DNA of 64,000 bases from assembly GCA_002633005.1 (NCBI GenBank), contig NMRA01000093.1, positions 314,567-378,566 on the forward strand, read 5' to 3'. The stretch comes from Phoronis australis (taxonomy: Eukaryota; Animalia; Phoronida). Made by a program: the position numbers and the translations under genes. Shown here piece by piece: positions 26,301 through 41,300 of this stretch (position 1 is its first letter; the number at the start of each line of letters is the position of its first letter). Under the pieces are notes generated by a model. The model searched no databases. It worked only from the letters and a program-made list of their open reading frames with translations, and had not been told where the DNA came from.

Positions 26301-29300
26301 AACTGAAAACGTTAAAACACGAACTTATAAGCCTTTTTATAAGACTATTCTAACAAACTGGAACACCCAAAAATCGATTGTCAATTTTCCATAACTCATT
26401 AAAAGTACACGATGCAAAGTCTGCTTACGCAGGTTTTTACATAAGTTTTTTAGTTACGAATTTGACAACACGAGTTACGCAGATTTACAGATTTGCGGAA
26501 AAACTTTCACAAATTTCTAGTTACTCATCATTGTGGGAAAGCAAGGTCATACAGCGCCACCTATAGGTTACTTACATGACCAACACAAAATTTATATTTC
26601 ATCCAGACAAGGTTCTCAATCATAATTTAGTAATTATCAAATAAACCAGTTGAGACACTGTATTCTCCTTAATGNTTCGGGGTCTACGGAAGAAATACAC
26701 ACAGTGGTACCTAGCCGTATTTTGACGACAGTCTTCACACAGTTAGCTGGCTGGCTAGGATCTACGCCGGGACCTCGCTAAAATCTAGCCAATAACACGT
26801 TTCCTCATTTAAAATGCACGGCAATGTCTCACATAATCTCGCGAAGTCTTGCTTTTTAGCGAGGTCCTAGCGTTACCGAACTCTACCCTGGCTTGTGAGT
26901 GAACAATAAGACCACAGGAAACTTACCACGGACGATTCTTAACGCTGATGACGTGGGGTCACGTGTTCCCGTTGTGATACACGAGTAGCCGTCTCCAGAA
27001 CCTGAAAGCAATGAGCTGTGAACTTATTCAGGAATTAGAGTCCACCTTGCAGCCCAGATAGAGTATTTTATATGATTGTTTAAGCATTCGGTAATATCAT
27101 TCCTGACTATCATATCCATGTCTTATTTCTATTATGTGGTCAAAATTATTTTTAAAAAACATTATCTGGGCCCAGTTGCATAAAAGTTATACGCCGTATA
27201 ACAACAATGACGTCGCGTTATCACGTGTCACGTTGTTATTGTTGAACAATGCACCTGACGTCATGCAAAAATCAAACTTATCAAGCGGATAACTTTTGAA
27301 GCTTTATACAACTCACCCCTGATTGATTCTTTTAAAGATCTTAAAGTGTGTATGCAGTAATGATGTTGGTTACTGCAATGCTCATTTTCAGTAAACTCTC
27401 CTGAAAGTGGCACGTCCACAAGTCAGAGCTTCGCTCCACTCGGGTAAGTACATGTACTCTCTGTGGACAAGATGAGCTCTACAGAAAAATCGGATTTTGC
27501 CTAACAGGGACAAAATTTCTCGGTCCTGTTGGATCCGACTTATGTGAGTTTTATATTGTTTTTTCTAACCCAATGTACCTATAATTGCTTTTGAAATGTT
27601 TATCAATTCAGTATCTTCTAGGGTTTAAGTGAGACCGCGTTGCCCTTATTTTTGAGCTGCAAGGTCATCTACAGCTGACGTCATTGATAGACTTTGTCCG
27701 AATGATTGACAAAATTTTCGACTCTTTGAATGTCAGGAGTCTGTGCGAGGGGAGGAATTCGAAGAAAGATTTCAAGTATGCCAGCAGACAAGTCAATGAC
27801 TTCCGGCTTAAAGTAAGTTATATCCGGTTAACTTAACTCCATCACTCATTACCCATTAACCAGTTTATATATATTGTAAGATAATTAGGGCACACCATTG
27901 TTTCCTTCTGTGAACCCAGCATGCACGGAGCAGATAAAAACACGTCCATTTTACGTGAGAAATAAAAAACGGATTTTTGCCAAATAGGCACACAATTGTT
28001 ATAGTTACTAGTTTGAAGTAAGTACTGTTTGTTTGTGTGGTGGAAATTTTATTGAGCATTCCATGACAATTAACTTGTTGTGAATCACGTTTTGCTTTGG
28101 ATTAAGTTCTTACAATCGCTTGATGAATGGGAGGATGGGAGAAGTCAGATTCCTAACCTACATGTATCAAGAGATGAACGGAGTAGGTGCTGTTTGAGTA
28201 GAGAAATTCCAGAAGGGTGGAGAATTGACCTACAGCCAGGAATTTGAGTGACTGGTTAACTGACCAATCAGAATCTAGCACTCTTGGCACACCTTCGCTT
28301 TCAAGCCGCCATTTCACCCGACAAACAACACGTTGCCGAGCAAAACTTATTGTTTGTTGGTCGACTATTTGCGAGGCCGGGGCTTAGCCTGCGATGGGTC
28401 AATTACAGGTAAATGGGTATATTGCTGCAACAGAACTCGCTTAAGTCGGATCCAATGGAGCTGAGAATTTTGATTTCGTCTGAATTACGCGAAATTAAAT
28501 TTCATCTGTATGGCTTTGTTAGGGAATAAATCCTAACACTTCCACAGAACTTTGTCCTAGTTAAGCGAGTTCAACTTGGCATGTCATGCCTTGCTGTTCA
28601 TTTAGTTTTCTACACTGATCTGTTCAGTTAAAAAAGTCACAAATAAGAACATCCTCTTGTATACCATTTACAAGGCAATAACCTCACAACTTGATACCAT
28701 TCAGAAGCAAGTTATTCTCAAAATAGAATTCCCTCAAGTGGAGTTTTCTAGAGTAACAATGAACTACAAGCAGATATGAATTTTCCGTGTTTTGCCTGAA
28801 TTCAGGTTTTTTATTCTTAGTGAAACAAAAGAAATTAAACCATTTTCAAGTTTTTAATCACAATTTCTTGCAATTTTCAGGAAAGGCATTTCCAGCATTG
28901 TGCAAAGAACTGTTGGGAGAAGCAGGGGTGTAGCAGATCTTAAGCGAGAGAATTTGCTGCCAAGATAACGTTGGTCAGCATTTTGCCAAACATCGGAAAG
29001 CGTGTGGGACAAATTGTGCTCCAACAATTCAACAGTTTACCAATAATGAACAGTTTTTAAATTGTTTTACTATTTCAGTATACACCCGGTGAAGGTTAAC
29101 TGTCGTAGATGAGCTGGACGGAAATTAAATGTACCTGCTGATGATACCCCAATTCCCAAAAGACCGTGATTATCACAAGATAAAAACCAATCGTATTGGT
29201 ATAGTAGTTTGATGGTTTCGGACTCCAAGTTGTCCCGTTTAAGGTGACTAGAAGGAATTTATTCGTCAGATGGTAGTAGTGTATGGCGAGACGGGTAGTG

Positions 29301-32300
29301 TTTGAGCATTGTTTGAATCTATTTTTATGTACTGTGGGCCAGGATAATGGTATGTAGCAATACATGTATAATTACTAATAGCTTTTCTTATAAACTGCCG
29401 ACAGTGCTTATCTAAGAACACAATCTCACACTGGATTCTATCACTAAAGAGTTACGTATCAAATTTTGATTTTACAAATTAAACACCGGGTACGTTGTAG
29501 TCTGTTCGGCTATGACAGGAAAATGATAATAATGATTCATTCACATCAATTTCAAGTAGTGATTGATATAAAATTTAGATACAACGATTTTAAGCAGTGA
29601 CAGACAATTTATTTACAACAAATTGGAATAGATATCAGTAACCAATGATTTATTTACAGTTTCAACTTGTAGTGTTCCCTTCAAAGTCATTCATTTTGGA
29701 ACTCCTTCCACAAACTTTTCTTTCCCTTTCGCTACACTCTTTCAGACTTGGTGTTGTCCATTCTTTTTAACACACGAGTAAACGCACTTCCCCAAATGGC
29801 GACATACTTTCTGGTAACAACCTTAAACAAAAAGTAACTCACAGCCTCACTTTCAATTTCCCTTGCAATGTTGCATCAGCCATGCTGAATTTCTTCTGAT
29901 GCAAAAATGTTCTCTATAACGGTTTGTTCATCGGGAACTTGACCTTTGCTCATGTTCAGCACTGTCCAAACAACAGCTTCAACTGTCCTAAAACACATAG
30001 TCTTCATCATTCACTGTAATGATTCCACCACGGTTGAATCTATCAATCCAGATGGTTGTATACTCTAAAAACGAACTCGCTTTACTATTTTCTGATGACC
30101 AACTCTCCAAAACATTTCTACATTCCCTATGAAAAATGTTCTCACTACGCGAAAACCGTTTCGTCAAACTAAAAGGGATGTACCCTGTCACGTAACATAA
30201 CCTCATCTCGTCTTCGTTAGTCAAAGGAGTAGGCGCTTCTGATTGTTTGCCCTTCTACTGGTACTTTACACCTGACAATGTTTCTAAACATTGGCGCACA
30301 AGTCTTGAAGCAACAGGCTGTCGTCCAGCTGCACTTTATTCTTCGACATAAGCTCCCTCTACTTTGCTTGGAACATTTTGGAAGTGCGAAACTCAGGGAA
30401 CTTGGTGAACATTTCACTCTTTTAAATACACTTAGTGTTCCACCATAGCAGCACTGTACTGTTAACCACATTTCTGTTGTAATGAAGTCCGAAAAACTGC
30501 AGATGTCACCCTGTTTCAAGCCGGCCGTTGCCTTTCGGACCTCTCGACCACGAGCACTGGAAAGGTTCATGGTGTCACTTATCATCTTGTCTAAGGCTTT
30601 CTGTAGCAAATGCAACGCTGGCAATGAAATGTTTTCTCTTGTGACAGGTTGGTTCTCTGGAAAAACATGAAATAGAGAACAATTAAAAATCAATATTAAC
30701 AGTATGACACATATGACTAATTAACTACAGACACTTTGCCTAGATTTCAGACAACGTAAAACAATTTTTTTTACTGGATTCCATACGCTGTGGCTAAATA
30801 AATTTTAAATTAATAAATGATAACAATAACACGAGTTGAAATTTGCAGTTTTCGAGATTCAGCATAAACCACGAACAAAAACGGACGAAAGTATGCCACA
30901 AAACAACCTTACGTCACTTTGCATTTACTACAAGCTGCATCTAATTTCGAGCCAGTCTACCAATTGAGCTTAGACACAATCGCTGATCGTGATTAACTGT
31001 AGCTGCTAACTCGCCATTTACGGCATTACGCCTACTTTACAGACCCACAGCGTGTAAATTTTATAGCATCATTATAGTTCATTGAACTGACCTCCTATGC
31101 TATTGTCTGTATCTTTGTCGCCAAGAGAGTGTGTAAAATTTATCACGTCATTTTCACTTTCAGAGTCCACTTGTTCACCTAATCCAATACAGTACCCGAG
31201 TAATTCTCAATTTCAAAATCTTCTCTCTTAACAGCAGCCATTTTCTTCGTTTGTGTACAACCGGAAACACCGAGTAACAGGGGACAGTGTACACGTGACT
31301 GTCTCGGAGAATTGGCGACCCGTTACTAATGAACTGTGAAAACCATTTGGATATAATTGCAGGATTAAACTCGAAGCAATGACGGGACCAAAGACGACCC
31401 TGGTAGTTTCTACTCCTCTCCCGGTATACTGAGCTCATTGCTGAAAGATAATCAAGAAGTGACATATTTCACCCAACGTTTTTTTATTAAGGTTTCGGAC
31501 ATGTGTCCTCAGACGACAAAACGTGTCGAGAAAGTGACAAATGCGCATACAGAATTGTCCGAAAAATAAACTTTCTGTCAATGCATAGACATGGTTCAAA
31601 ACGCCCTTTCACGTTATTTATGTGTTTTCCCCATTATTTTTCCACTCCAAGACCAAACACTTTGAAACTTGGACAGTATCACCTGTTCTCAGCCTCAATG
31701 CATCAGTTTACACAGTCTATGTATAAAGTATTGGAGCTATTCATCACAGGGTAGGCAGGTTATGTTACTATGTTAGGAAATGTTATTGTCCCACATAACA
31801 TCCACTCTCAATGCAGGTGGCTCACTTGATCAAGTGAAGGGCGTTGAATTAAGGCAGGTTGACTCAATAATACTAGCTCGTGTAACAAAGCCATGGACGG
31901 TTCAAAATCAATGGTGGTGTGCACATGAAGTTTGCCAATTGATTTGAAAATAACAGCTTCTTTAAGTGCGAGATCATTTACCAGTGAAACAGGCTGACGT
32001 ACAATAGTTGAGTGAAGTAGCATGTATCTTTAATGTAAGGCAAGGTTCTTGAGTCACTGACACGAAAGCAACCTGAATATTCGTCTAAATGGAGTTACTC
32101 AGGAGATACAGGTATGACTGGGCGTGTTGTAACCATGTTTGTGTGGAACTATATTTTGGTGGAATAGGAATAATGCAGAGAAGCGCAATTTTGATCAAAA
32201 ATAAAAATTAAAAGACCACTTTTAATATATGGAAAATACGAAACTTGATCATAAAGACCGAATCTTAATCACCAAAACTCTCGGTTTGTTGAACATTATA

Positions 32301-35300
32301 CGTGTAGCATCAGCCGTCTGCCTCACCAAAAGAATTTATGAAGTCAGTAAACTTATTGGATAATTTATCCGATATATATCACCAAAGTAAAACAAACTGT
32401 GCCAGTGCTGAAATAAGAAGAGGACGCATGAAAGATTAATGAAAATGAAAGTGGCCAAGTTAAATTAGCATTCAATTGGTTTTAACATTTCAGTTGCAAA
32501 GAACAAGGCAAATTGGAAGAAATGTCCTTTTTTTCGGTATTGTCGGCGACCTTATTTCAACTGAAAACGTTAAAACACGAACTTATAAGCCTTTTTATAA
32601 GACTGTTCTAACAAACTGGAACACCCAAAAATAGATTGTCAATTTTCCATAACTCATTAAAAGTACACGATGCAAAGTCTGCTTTCGCAGGTTTTTAACA
32701 TAAATTTCTTAGTTACGAATTTGACAACACTCGTTACGCAAATTTACAGATTTGTGGAAAAACTTTCACAAATTTCTAGCTACGCATCATTGTGGGAAAG
32801 CAAGATCATACAGCGCCACCTATAGGATACTTACATGCCCAAAACAAAATTTATATTTCATCGAGACAAGGTTCTCAATCATAATTTAGTAATTATCAAA
32901 TAAACCAGTTGAGACACTGTATACTCCTTAATGTTTTGTACAAAATGTCAGAGCAGCAGATATTTATGCAGATATTTACGCAGAACGTACATGAACAACA
33001 TTTTTTTCATTTTAAAGATAAACGTAGGTTTTGTGCTGAGAAACGATTAATAAGTAAGTTACGATTAATATACACTTCATGTAGATAAATCGATCTAAAC
33101 TAAAACTTACCTTGTAGTTAACATACAATTCGAGAGAGGGTGCTTTTGACTGACGGTGTGGACATCTTTTTCCTTCTCGTTTCTTCAAGCCCCTTTTCCA
33201 CGTTATTTCACGGTCAAAACTCTATCCAGTTTCTTTCAAAATATGAGTGTTTTCTGTTTGTACGCTTTATATTGTTATTTGTACCACAATATCAGCTTCA
33301 AATGGTCAATACAACCGTTTAATAACCCATTTAGTTATCTAACGGCGTCAAATAACATTTTGGCGGGAAACCGAGGCCGGTTTCGAACCCGGTTCGCCAG
33401 AGTTACTGGCTGTCGACTTACCACTGCACCACTCAACTGCGGACGATACCGAACGTGAAAATAGAATACTTAAAGGAGAATGCCACCCGATTTAATTAGC
33501 CTTTTTTACCGTTTTAATCGGTCTATATCTACGGTCGATCGATCTTACCTCGCCGAGAGGTGTCGCGTTAACCTGTGAGCAAGGTGAGAAGCGACGTAGC
33601 GACGTCAGTAGTTCTTCGGCAGAGTTAGTACCGCTATGGCGTGGTGTACCGTTCCTGCTTGTGCGAATTATGAAGCTGCGAAGAAAGCGGGTATATCGTT
33701 TTTTGGATTTCCTCGAGAGCCCGTAATGATTCGGAAGTGGCTCGCGGTAGTGAAGAATGAAAAGTACGCCGTTAATACCAAGTATGAGGCCGTGAAACTT
33801 CTCCAAGTGTCTGTCATTGTCCTGCACTTCGTCGGATCGGTTATTGATCACTTTTTGATTATGGAGAATTGTAGTTGGCCATGAAAGCATAAACAAAAAG
33901 TGATCAATAACCGATTCAAACGGTTTTAGGAACTATTCGTATGTTCCGTTGTCTGTGCACGCTCACGGAGCCTCTCTATTATTTCTTGATCAGCTAGTAC
34001 TGAGTAAATTTGAAATTTTGCGGTTAATTTACCAAAATAGTCAGCGTGCACATTTTTTCATTGGCTCACTAGTATAGTCTTTTCGTAACTGCAAGACAGT
34101 TTAGTTTCCAACTTTGGCTGGTTTATGTTAGTCATGTCTGCAGTCCTGCCGCGATGGGCCTGAACGGGTTTCGAGCCACTGGCCGGAATAGCAAGCGTTT
34201 TTTGTGTTTAGAATTGAAACAATCGCAAATCTAAAATTTCAACACGCAACTATGTTCTCCTGTCTGTATTTNACACCCAAAAATCGATTGTCAATTTTCC
34301 ATAACTCATTAAAAGTACACGATGCAAAGTCTGCTTACGCAGGTTTTTACATAAGTTTTTTAGTTACGAATTTGACAACACGAGTTACGCAGATTTACAG
34401 ATTTGCGGAAAAACTTTCACAAATTTCTAGTTACTCATCATTGTGGGAAAGCAAGGTCATACAGCGCCACCTATAGGTTACTTACATGACCAACACAAAA
34501 TTTATATTTCATCCAGACAAGGTTCTCAATCATAATTTAGTAATTATCAAATAAACCAGTTGAGACACTGTATTCTCCTTAATGTTTTGTACAAATTGTC
34601 AGAGCAGCATGAACAACATTTTTTCATTTTAAAGATAACGTAGGTTTTGTGCTGAGAAACGATTAATAAGTAAGTTACAATATATACTTCATGTAGATAA
34701 ATCGATCTAAACTAAAACTTACCTTGTAGTTAACATACAATTCGAGAGAGGGTGCTTTTGACTGACGGTGTGGACATCTTTTTCCTTCTCATTTCTTCAA
34801 GCCCTTTTTCACGTTATTTCACGGTCAAAACTCTATCCAGTTTCTTTCAAAATATGAGTGTTTTCTGTTTGTACGCTTTATATTGTTATTTGTACCACAA
34901 TATCAGCCTCAAATGGTCAATACAACCGTTAAATTAATAACCCATTTAGTTATCTAACGGCGTCAAATAACATTTTGGCGGGAAACCGAGGCCGGTTTCG
35001 AACCCGGTTCGCCAGAGTTACTAGCTGTCGACTTACCACAGCACCACTCAACTGCGGACGATACCGAACGTGAAAATAGAATACTTAAAGGAGAATGCCA
35101 CCCGATTTAATTAGCCTTTTTTACCGTTTTAATCGGTCTATATCTGCGGTCGATCGATCTTACCTCGCCAAGAGGTGTCGCGTTAACCTGTGAGCAAGGT
35201 GAGAAGCGACGTAGCGACGTCAGTAGTTCTTCGGCAGAGTTAGTACCGCTATGGCGTGGTGTACTGTTCCTGCTTGTGCGAACTATGAAGCTGCGAAGAA

Positions 35301-38300
35301 AGCGGGTATATCGTTTTTTGGATTTCCTCGAGAGCCCGTAATGATTCGGAAGTGGCTCGCGGTAGTGAAGAATGAAAAGTACGCCGTTAATACCAAGTAT
35401 GAGGCCGTGAAACTTCTCCAAGTGTCTGTCATTGGCCTGCACTTCGTCGGATCGGTTATTGATCACTTTTTGATTATGGAGAATTGTAGTTGGCCATGAA
35501 AGCATAAACAAAAAGTGATCAATAACCGATTCAAACGGTTTTAGGAACTATTCGTATGTTCCGTTGTCTGTGCACGCTCACGGAGCCTCTCTATTATTTC
35601 TTGATCAGCTAGTACTGAGTAAATTTGAAATTTTGCGGTTAATTTACCAAAAAAGTCAGCGTGCACATTTTTTCATTGGCTCACTAGTATAGTCTTTTCG
35701 TAACTGGAAGTTTAGTTTCCAACTTTGGCTGGTTTATGTTAGTCATGTCTGCAGTCCTGCCGCGATGGGCCTGAACGGGTTTCGAGCCACTGGCCGGAAT
35801 AGCAAGCGTTTTTTGTGTTTAGAATTGAAACAATCGCAAATCTAAAATTTCAACACGCAACTATGTTCTCTTGTCTGTATTTCAGGGAATAATAATTTGA
35901 ATTTTTCACCAAGCAGGCCTCAAACTCCCGCGACCGACCTTGCGGTAAATTGGCCTTAGGCCTACCGAACTTTGTAGGCTCTGGTATGTTCAAATACCTA
36001 AAATCCGTAACAGCAAAATAAAATAACACGTTTGTTTAATAACTTGATGTATTTTAAAGGATTTTTCTATCGGATTTTGATGATTTGTTGGTGTAAAACG
36101 ATGAATTCAAGCGATAAGCTGACACCAGCAGGCGTGTTGTGAACTGCTGAACAGACTGCATTCGAACCACTAACGTCATTGGTTAATTTCAACAACTCCG
36201 TCTGCCGTCAGGTGTCAGGTAAAAGAGCTGTACTTGCTGTTATCGAGTGGAACTACTCGATCTAAATTGATACAAAATATGTTGTTTTTTGAGTGACATT
36301 CTCCTTTAAATGAGCACGCGCAACAATCGCGTGTTAACAAACGGCATTGTACCGACATTTATACGCTATGAAAAATTAGACGAAAATTTTCAATAAAAAC
36401 GACATCTTTGATTCAGTAAAATTTTCTCTCACTATTAAATCATCGATCTCCAGTTTGAATGCGACTAACGTGTGGTCGGGATGCTTTAACTTGGACATTA
36501 AACTCAGTAATCAGAGGTAACCTACTTTAGCAGACGATATTTTCACTGTGGAAGCTTAGCATAAGTTGTTTTATAAGCTAGAGTAGTTGCTTAAAATAAA
36601 AATTGACCTATCGCCAGGATTTTGAGTGACGGCTTAATTGACAATTTAGAACGGAGCATTATTGACACACCTTCTTTTACCAGCCCCCATTTTACCCGAC
36701 AAACAAGAGGTTGCAGGGTAAAACTTATTGTTCGGTAGTACATTACACAAGGGGGCGGAGCTTGCTGTAGGTCAATTATTTTACAGATTCACTTTAGTTC
36801 TAATTTGGTTCAATTTTTATTTGATTTTCAGTAAAACATCATTTTAACAAGAAAAAATCGGTGTTTCTTGAAAGGTAACGACCTTCGACCTCAGGCCTCT
36901 GACGTAGAAAGTAGTTGCAAAAGCCGAGGCGAGTTGAGAAAGGTAGATCGATTCATTGCAATGTTTCTCGCTCAGTATGTTGTACAAATAGCTTGTATCC
37001 CTGCCTGTTACTATAACAAATGCAATCATTTTGATGCACGTAGGGACAAGAAGAAGCTTTCAGCTGAAATGCATAACTCCTTTTTCTCCGTCGAAGAATT
37101 TATTAAAATCATGAGCTTACCCGCTGGAATTACGCCTAGGCGAACTGAAGTTGGTGGGAAATAGCTCAAATCTTCCGTCGGAGAAATTTCGTTTTCTTTC
37201 GCAGTGCGGTCCAGCAGACCATTGATGACGTCAGCGACAGTTCCGTCACCCCCCACGGCAATTACTCTGAAATGAAAACCCATTGGAATGTGGATAATAT
37301 TGAGAAAAGGATTTGGCATATTTGAATCTCCAAATGATAATTCCGTGTTTTTACAACTTACCCATCAATTCTAGACAAGTCATACTTCTGCAGCATCTCT
37401 GTCGATTGTCTACCTCTCTCAGTAACTAAAATAAATGAACATTTTGATAACATCTGTCAGTTTTTTTCTTCTTCATCAAATCATTCCCTACGCACAACTT
37501 GCGTTTCAAGCATGAAAGTCCCAAGCAGCGCCATATTTGGAAACCATTGATTTGATTCGTGTTTCAAGTGAAGCTCTTTGGGTTTTTTTATTGTTTTAAG
37601 TAAAACACCTAGCGTTCCTCACGGCACACGATAAAACCACGGTCCCAATGGAGCTCAAGTGCTTCAACGGGAAGTTTGTTTGATGTCCTACATGCGAACC
37701 CGGATGTAATGACTCGGTTTGCACACTGATTCATTGGCGTTTGACTAATTATTTTGGGACTAACCAACCAACAACACAACAAACGGGAGCACCTTACTTC
37801 AATTTGATTTATGCTATTCGTAATTTCGGCTTGATCTACAGCGCTGTATGGGTCTCCCTAGGTGTAACAGCATAGCGTTACCGCAAAACACCTTTTCTCT
37901 GTTCCTCTTTGCAAACGCTGTCGCTAAGGAGTACTTCACTACACTTACAACGACAGGTCTCGTCGGTATACTGCTACATGGCACTTAAAACGACATGTCT
38001 ATTAGGATATATTTCAAGTATACAATGTGCTTACGTCGACGGTTCTTTTGTGTTATACTTCCACTACACTTACAACGACAGGATGCGTATGTCATACTTC
38101 CTCTACACTTCCAACTGAATGCCTCTTATGGTAGACTCCTACTATTCTTAAAACTACAGGTCTCTTAGCTACTCTTTTGTCTAAATCGAAGCAAGTGGAG
38201 TAAATTTGTCACAAATCATAATACAGGGCAAGCCGGGGAGCGTCCTGCTTGTATAGCGAAATATTTGCGAAATTCCCCCGAGTATGAACGTGAGTTTTGT

Positions 38301-41300
38301 TTTATATTTGGTGCAGACAAAAACTTGGTGGATTTTTGAGCTCGCCTGGTCAACAACTAAGCTACAGCAGATGTCCCGGCACACAAGAAGGCCAGACCCG
38401 GCCTTGCAATGGCAGTTTCCCACAACAACGTTAATGTAAAACAGACAATTGTATCTATGAAAAGTAAAGTCCCAGGCGTACACCTTCTTTAAATGTGCTC
38501 CAGATTTCAGTGTACCTAGACCTCCGGCTTCTGTTAGTAGGTGGAGTCTATTAGGGACCCAACTTCTATTGAAAACTTTACGGTACATGAATATTGACGG
38601 ACAGTTTGTACTCTTTTGCTGCACTGGACTATTGAGGTCTTGTTGGTTGGGCCATTTTAATCATTTAGCCAACAAGAAAAAATGCTTTCTATCTTATTGG
38701 TACTAATAGGAATTGTTTATACTGGTGAAACAACATGTATCGCAATAGACCTTTTAATGCGCATGCCTGGAATGACGACTGATAGGAAATACGGACTGGT
38801 CTCGCGTTGACTTTTGTACATATAGTAGTATACAGCCAAACGGCAAATGTGCTGTAGTATGATAGTCGTCTGTTCCCAACAGATTGAAAGATCCTGGCAG
38901 TGCACCAGTGAGTACGTTTCCAGCCACAAGGTGGCGAGGATGAAGGACACTCCACAAATATTTATTCGAGCACGCGCATGCATCAGATGTTGATGCACGC
39001 TATTGGTAAAAACGCCGAGCTGTATTTTGTTAATATATCTAGCAAACCGTCATTCTAGACATGTGTAATATAAGAGCAAGCTCACGTAAAAAGGAACATG
39101 TTAACAGACCTACGACGTGAGTGGCAATCCCGGCAAGTTTGAAATATGGAGCGCACTTCTCGTTGTAAAGTTTTAACCCCTTATTACTGCCGCTGTCGGG
39201 GTTGACGAAAACTAAAAGTGATTTCGGACGTCCTTTTGAAGACTCTGAAAAATAATTACATAATAATTTTATTAAGTTGTGTAAAAACAAATGAAATATC
39301 AATACCGCCGAGTCAGAATATTCAACCACTACTGAAAGTTGACAAACTATGTGTATTGATTAAATAGTGGCACATAACGCGAAAAACAAACTAAATTGCA
39401 TTAGTGAAAGAGGTTCTATGCCACTTAAACGGAAATTAAAATGTTCACCATGTATTTTTGCGGTTTGTATGTAAAAATTTTTGAATATCTGTTGATGTCA
39501 AAGCTTTTTTCCTTTAGTTTAAAATTTCAAAACAACGTCACCTTATTTGGTATGATAAGGCGTAGACGTGGCACGTTTCCCATAATACATGAAAAATGTG
39601 TCATTCGAACTTTCATGTAAACAAACCAGTAGCGGTTACGAACATGGGGAATGTTTGTGGTAATTCTTTGAGCGCGTGCGCGCACATATTTAATAGGGCC
39701 GAGAATATGGAAACTGTCCCGGGATGAAAGAGTGAATCTGACTCTTTAAATGATCAATTTGTTAACGTTGATGTTCGTATAGTTAAAGTGGCCTAAAACG
39801 TGAAAAGCATACTACACTGCGTTATTCAAAGTGGTTCTCTGCCACTGAAACAGAAGTCAAACTCTTCACCGAGTATTTTTTCGGTTTGTTCGTAATCACT
39901 CGGGATTTCTGTTGAGGTCAAAGCGTTTTTCCTTTAGTTTCAAATTTCGAAAAACGATCTGTCAATTGCTTGTCACTTCGTTGACTTTTCTCCCACACGG
40001 CAAAGCACCACTCCTTATTTCGTATGGCAAGGCATAGATGTAGCACATTTCTTTTATACGGCAAATTTGACCTTTGACTTTTGATGTGAACAATGGAGAT
40101 TTCAAGCAGCAGCCAATGCAACGTCTTTGAGCGCATGAGCGCTTATATATTATTAGGAGTGGAGAATTTGAGAGCTGTATTGGGACCAAAGAATTTTATC
40201 GTCTGTGTTTCAAAAATCACGAAATTGAGTTTGTCTTGACATTCTTGCAATATTCAAATTGAATAACTCTAACGTTAGTATCCCCAAGAAGTAGATTTGC
40301 CACACTCTGAAATTTTTACGTTTGTTGCGTTCCAAGCAGTGGGTGTACAACATACAGCAACATGTTGCACTTATTATTCAAAATACGAAATAAAACACTA
40401 AATCAAAAATAGGTCTTTTTATAATTTTGATAAAAAACTCAAAAGTTTCATCAAACGAAAAACAATTGATAATTTAAAGTCTGCCACAGTTTTAATGAGA
40501 TTTCCTCGTGAAATTTATATCAAACAAAATGTTTCTTGTTGCATTTCTTCTTGTTAAATCTTAGTATAGTAGTGGTTCACCAACAAGATGGTCGCCAGTT
40601 GCACGACATTGAACTGAACTCAGTTCACGTCCTATGATCCTAGAAAAAAGAACATAAACAATGAAATTCTCCCAGGCTTTAGTTAATTAAATGTTTTTTG
40701 TAGTGTTGTTCTTCCATTGACGAGACTAATTCTGTTGAAAACCGGTGAGAATAAAGGAAGGAAACAAGAAGTTATATCTCCGGCATGCAGGCAAAGACCA
40801 TTCCTATAAGAATGTAAGAGGTTAGTGCACGTCCCTTTTGCTTCTATCAACCAAAAAGAAACGGTTGCAATTCTGTAAATTATCAGCTTAAAATGTAATT
40901 TATGTGAACTCAGACCTGACAGGCGAACTTCAATCTCTTTTAGCCAACGTCCTATCTCTTGCTCATCCGGGAATTTCAGTTTCAGTGCACGTGGTTCCAA
41001 CAACATGTGCTTTTTCCTTATACTATAATGAAGACTGAGAGTGGCAGCGTCATCCTCGGATCTCAAACAAGCAATGACGTCCTTCAGGTCTATGGTATCT
41101 AAAATACATTTTCTGGGTAACTACCTTGGCAATAAATGAAACAATGCTCAGCCAAAACGTATCAGCCAAGACAACGGTATAGGTCTGTTTGGGGAATTTG
41201 ATGCAACGTAGCGTTCTCACCAGGCAATTTAAGTGTAGTGGGCCACCACGCTTAAATTTCTAATCTCCACAATCAAATTGGATGACCATGCTCATATTGC

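Larger units (their letters stand above)
20457..35882. repeat. Interleaved duplicated block: 26676-34271 duplicates 20457-26674 plus 34585-35882
   Basis: Bounded by single Ns at 26675 and 34272; 26363-26674 appears identical to 34273-34584. Confidence 0.9.

Noticed and set aside
33367-33437. Functional tRNA genes here and at about 44670, 48285 and 54870
   Set aside because: A/B boxes are present but the cloverleaf stems and loops are defective, and most lie within dispersed repeats.
33492-33896. 134-aa minus-strand ORF (and its copy 35107-35511)
   Set aside because: It is an antisense shadow of the THAP ORF.
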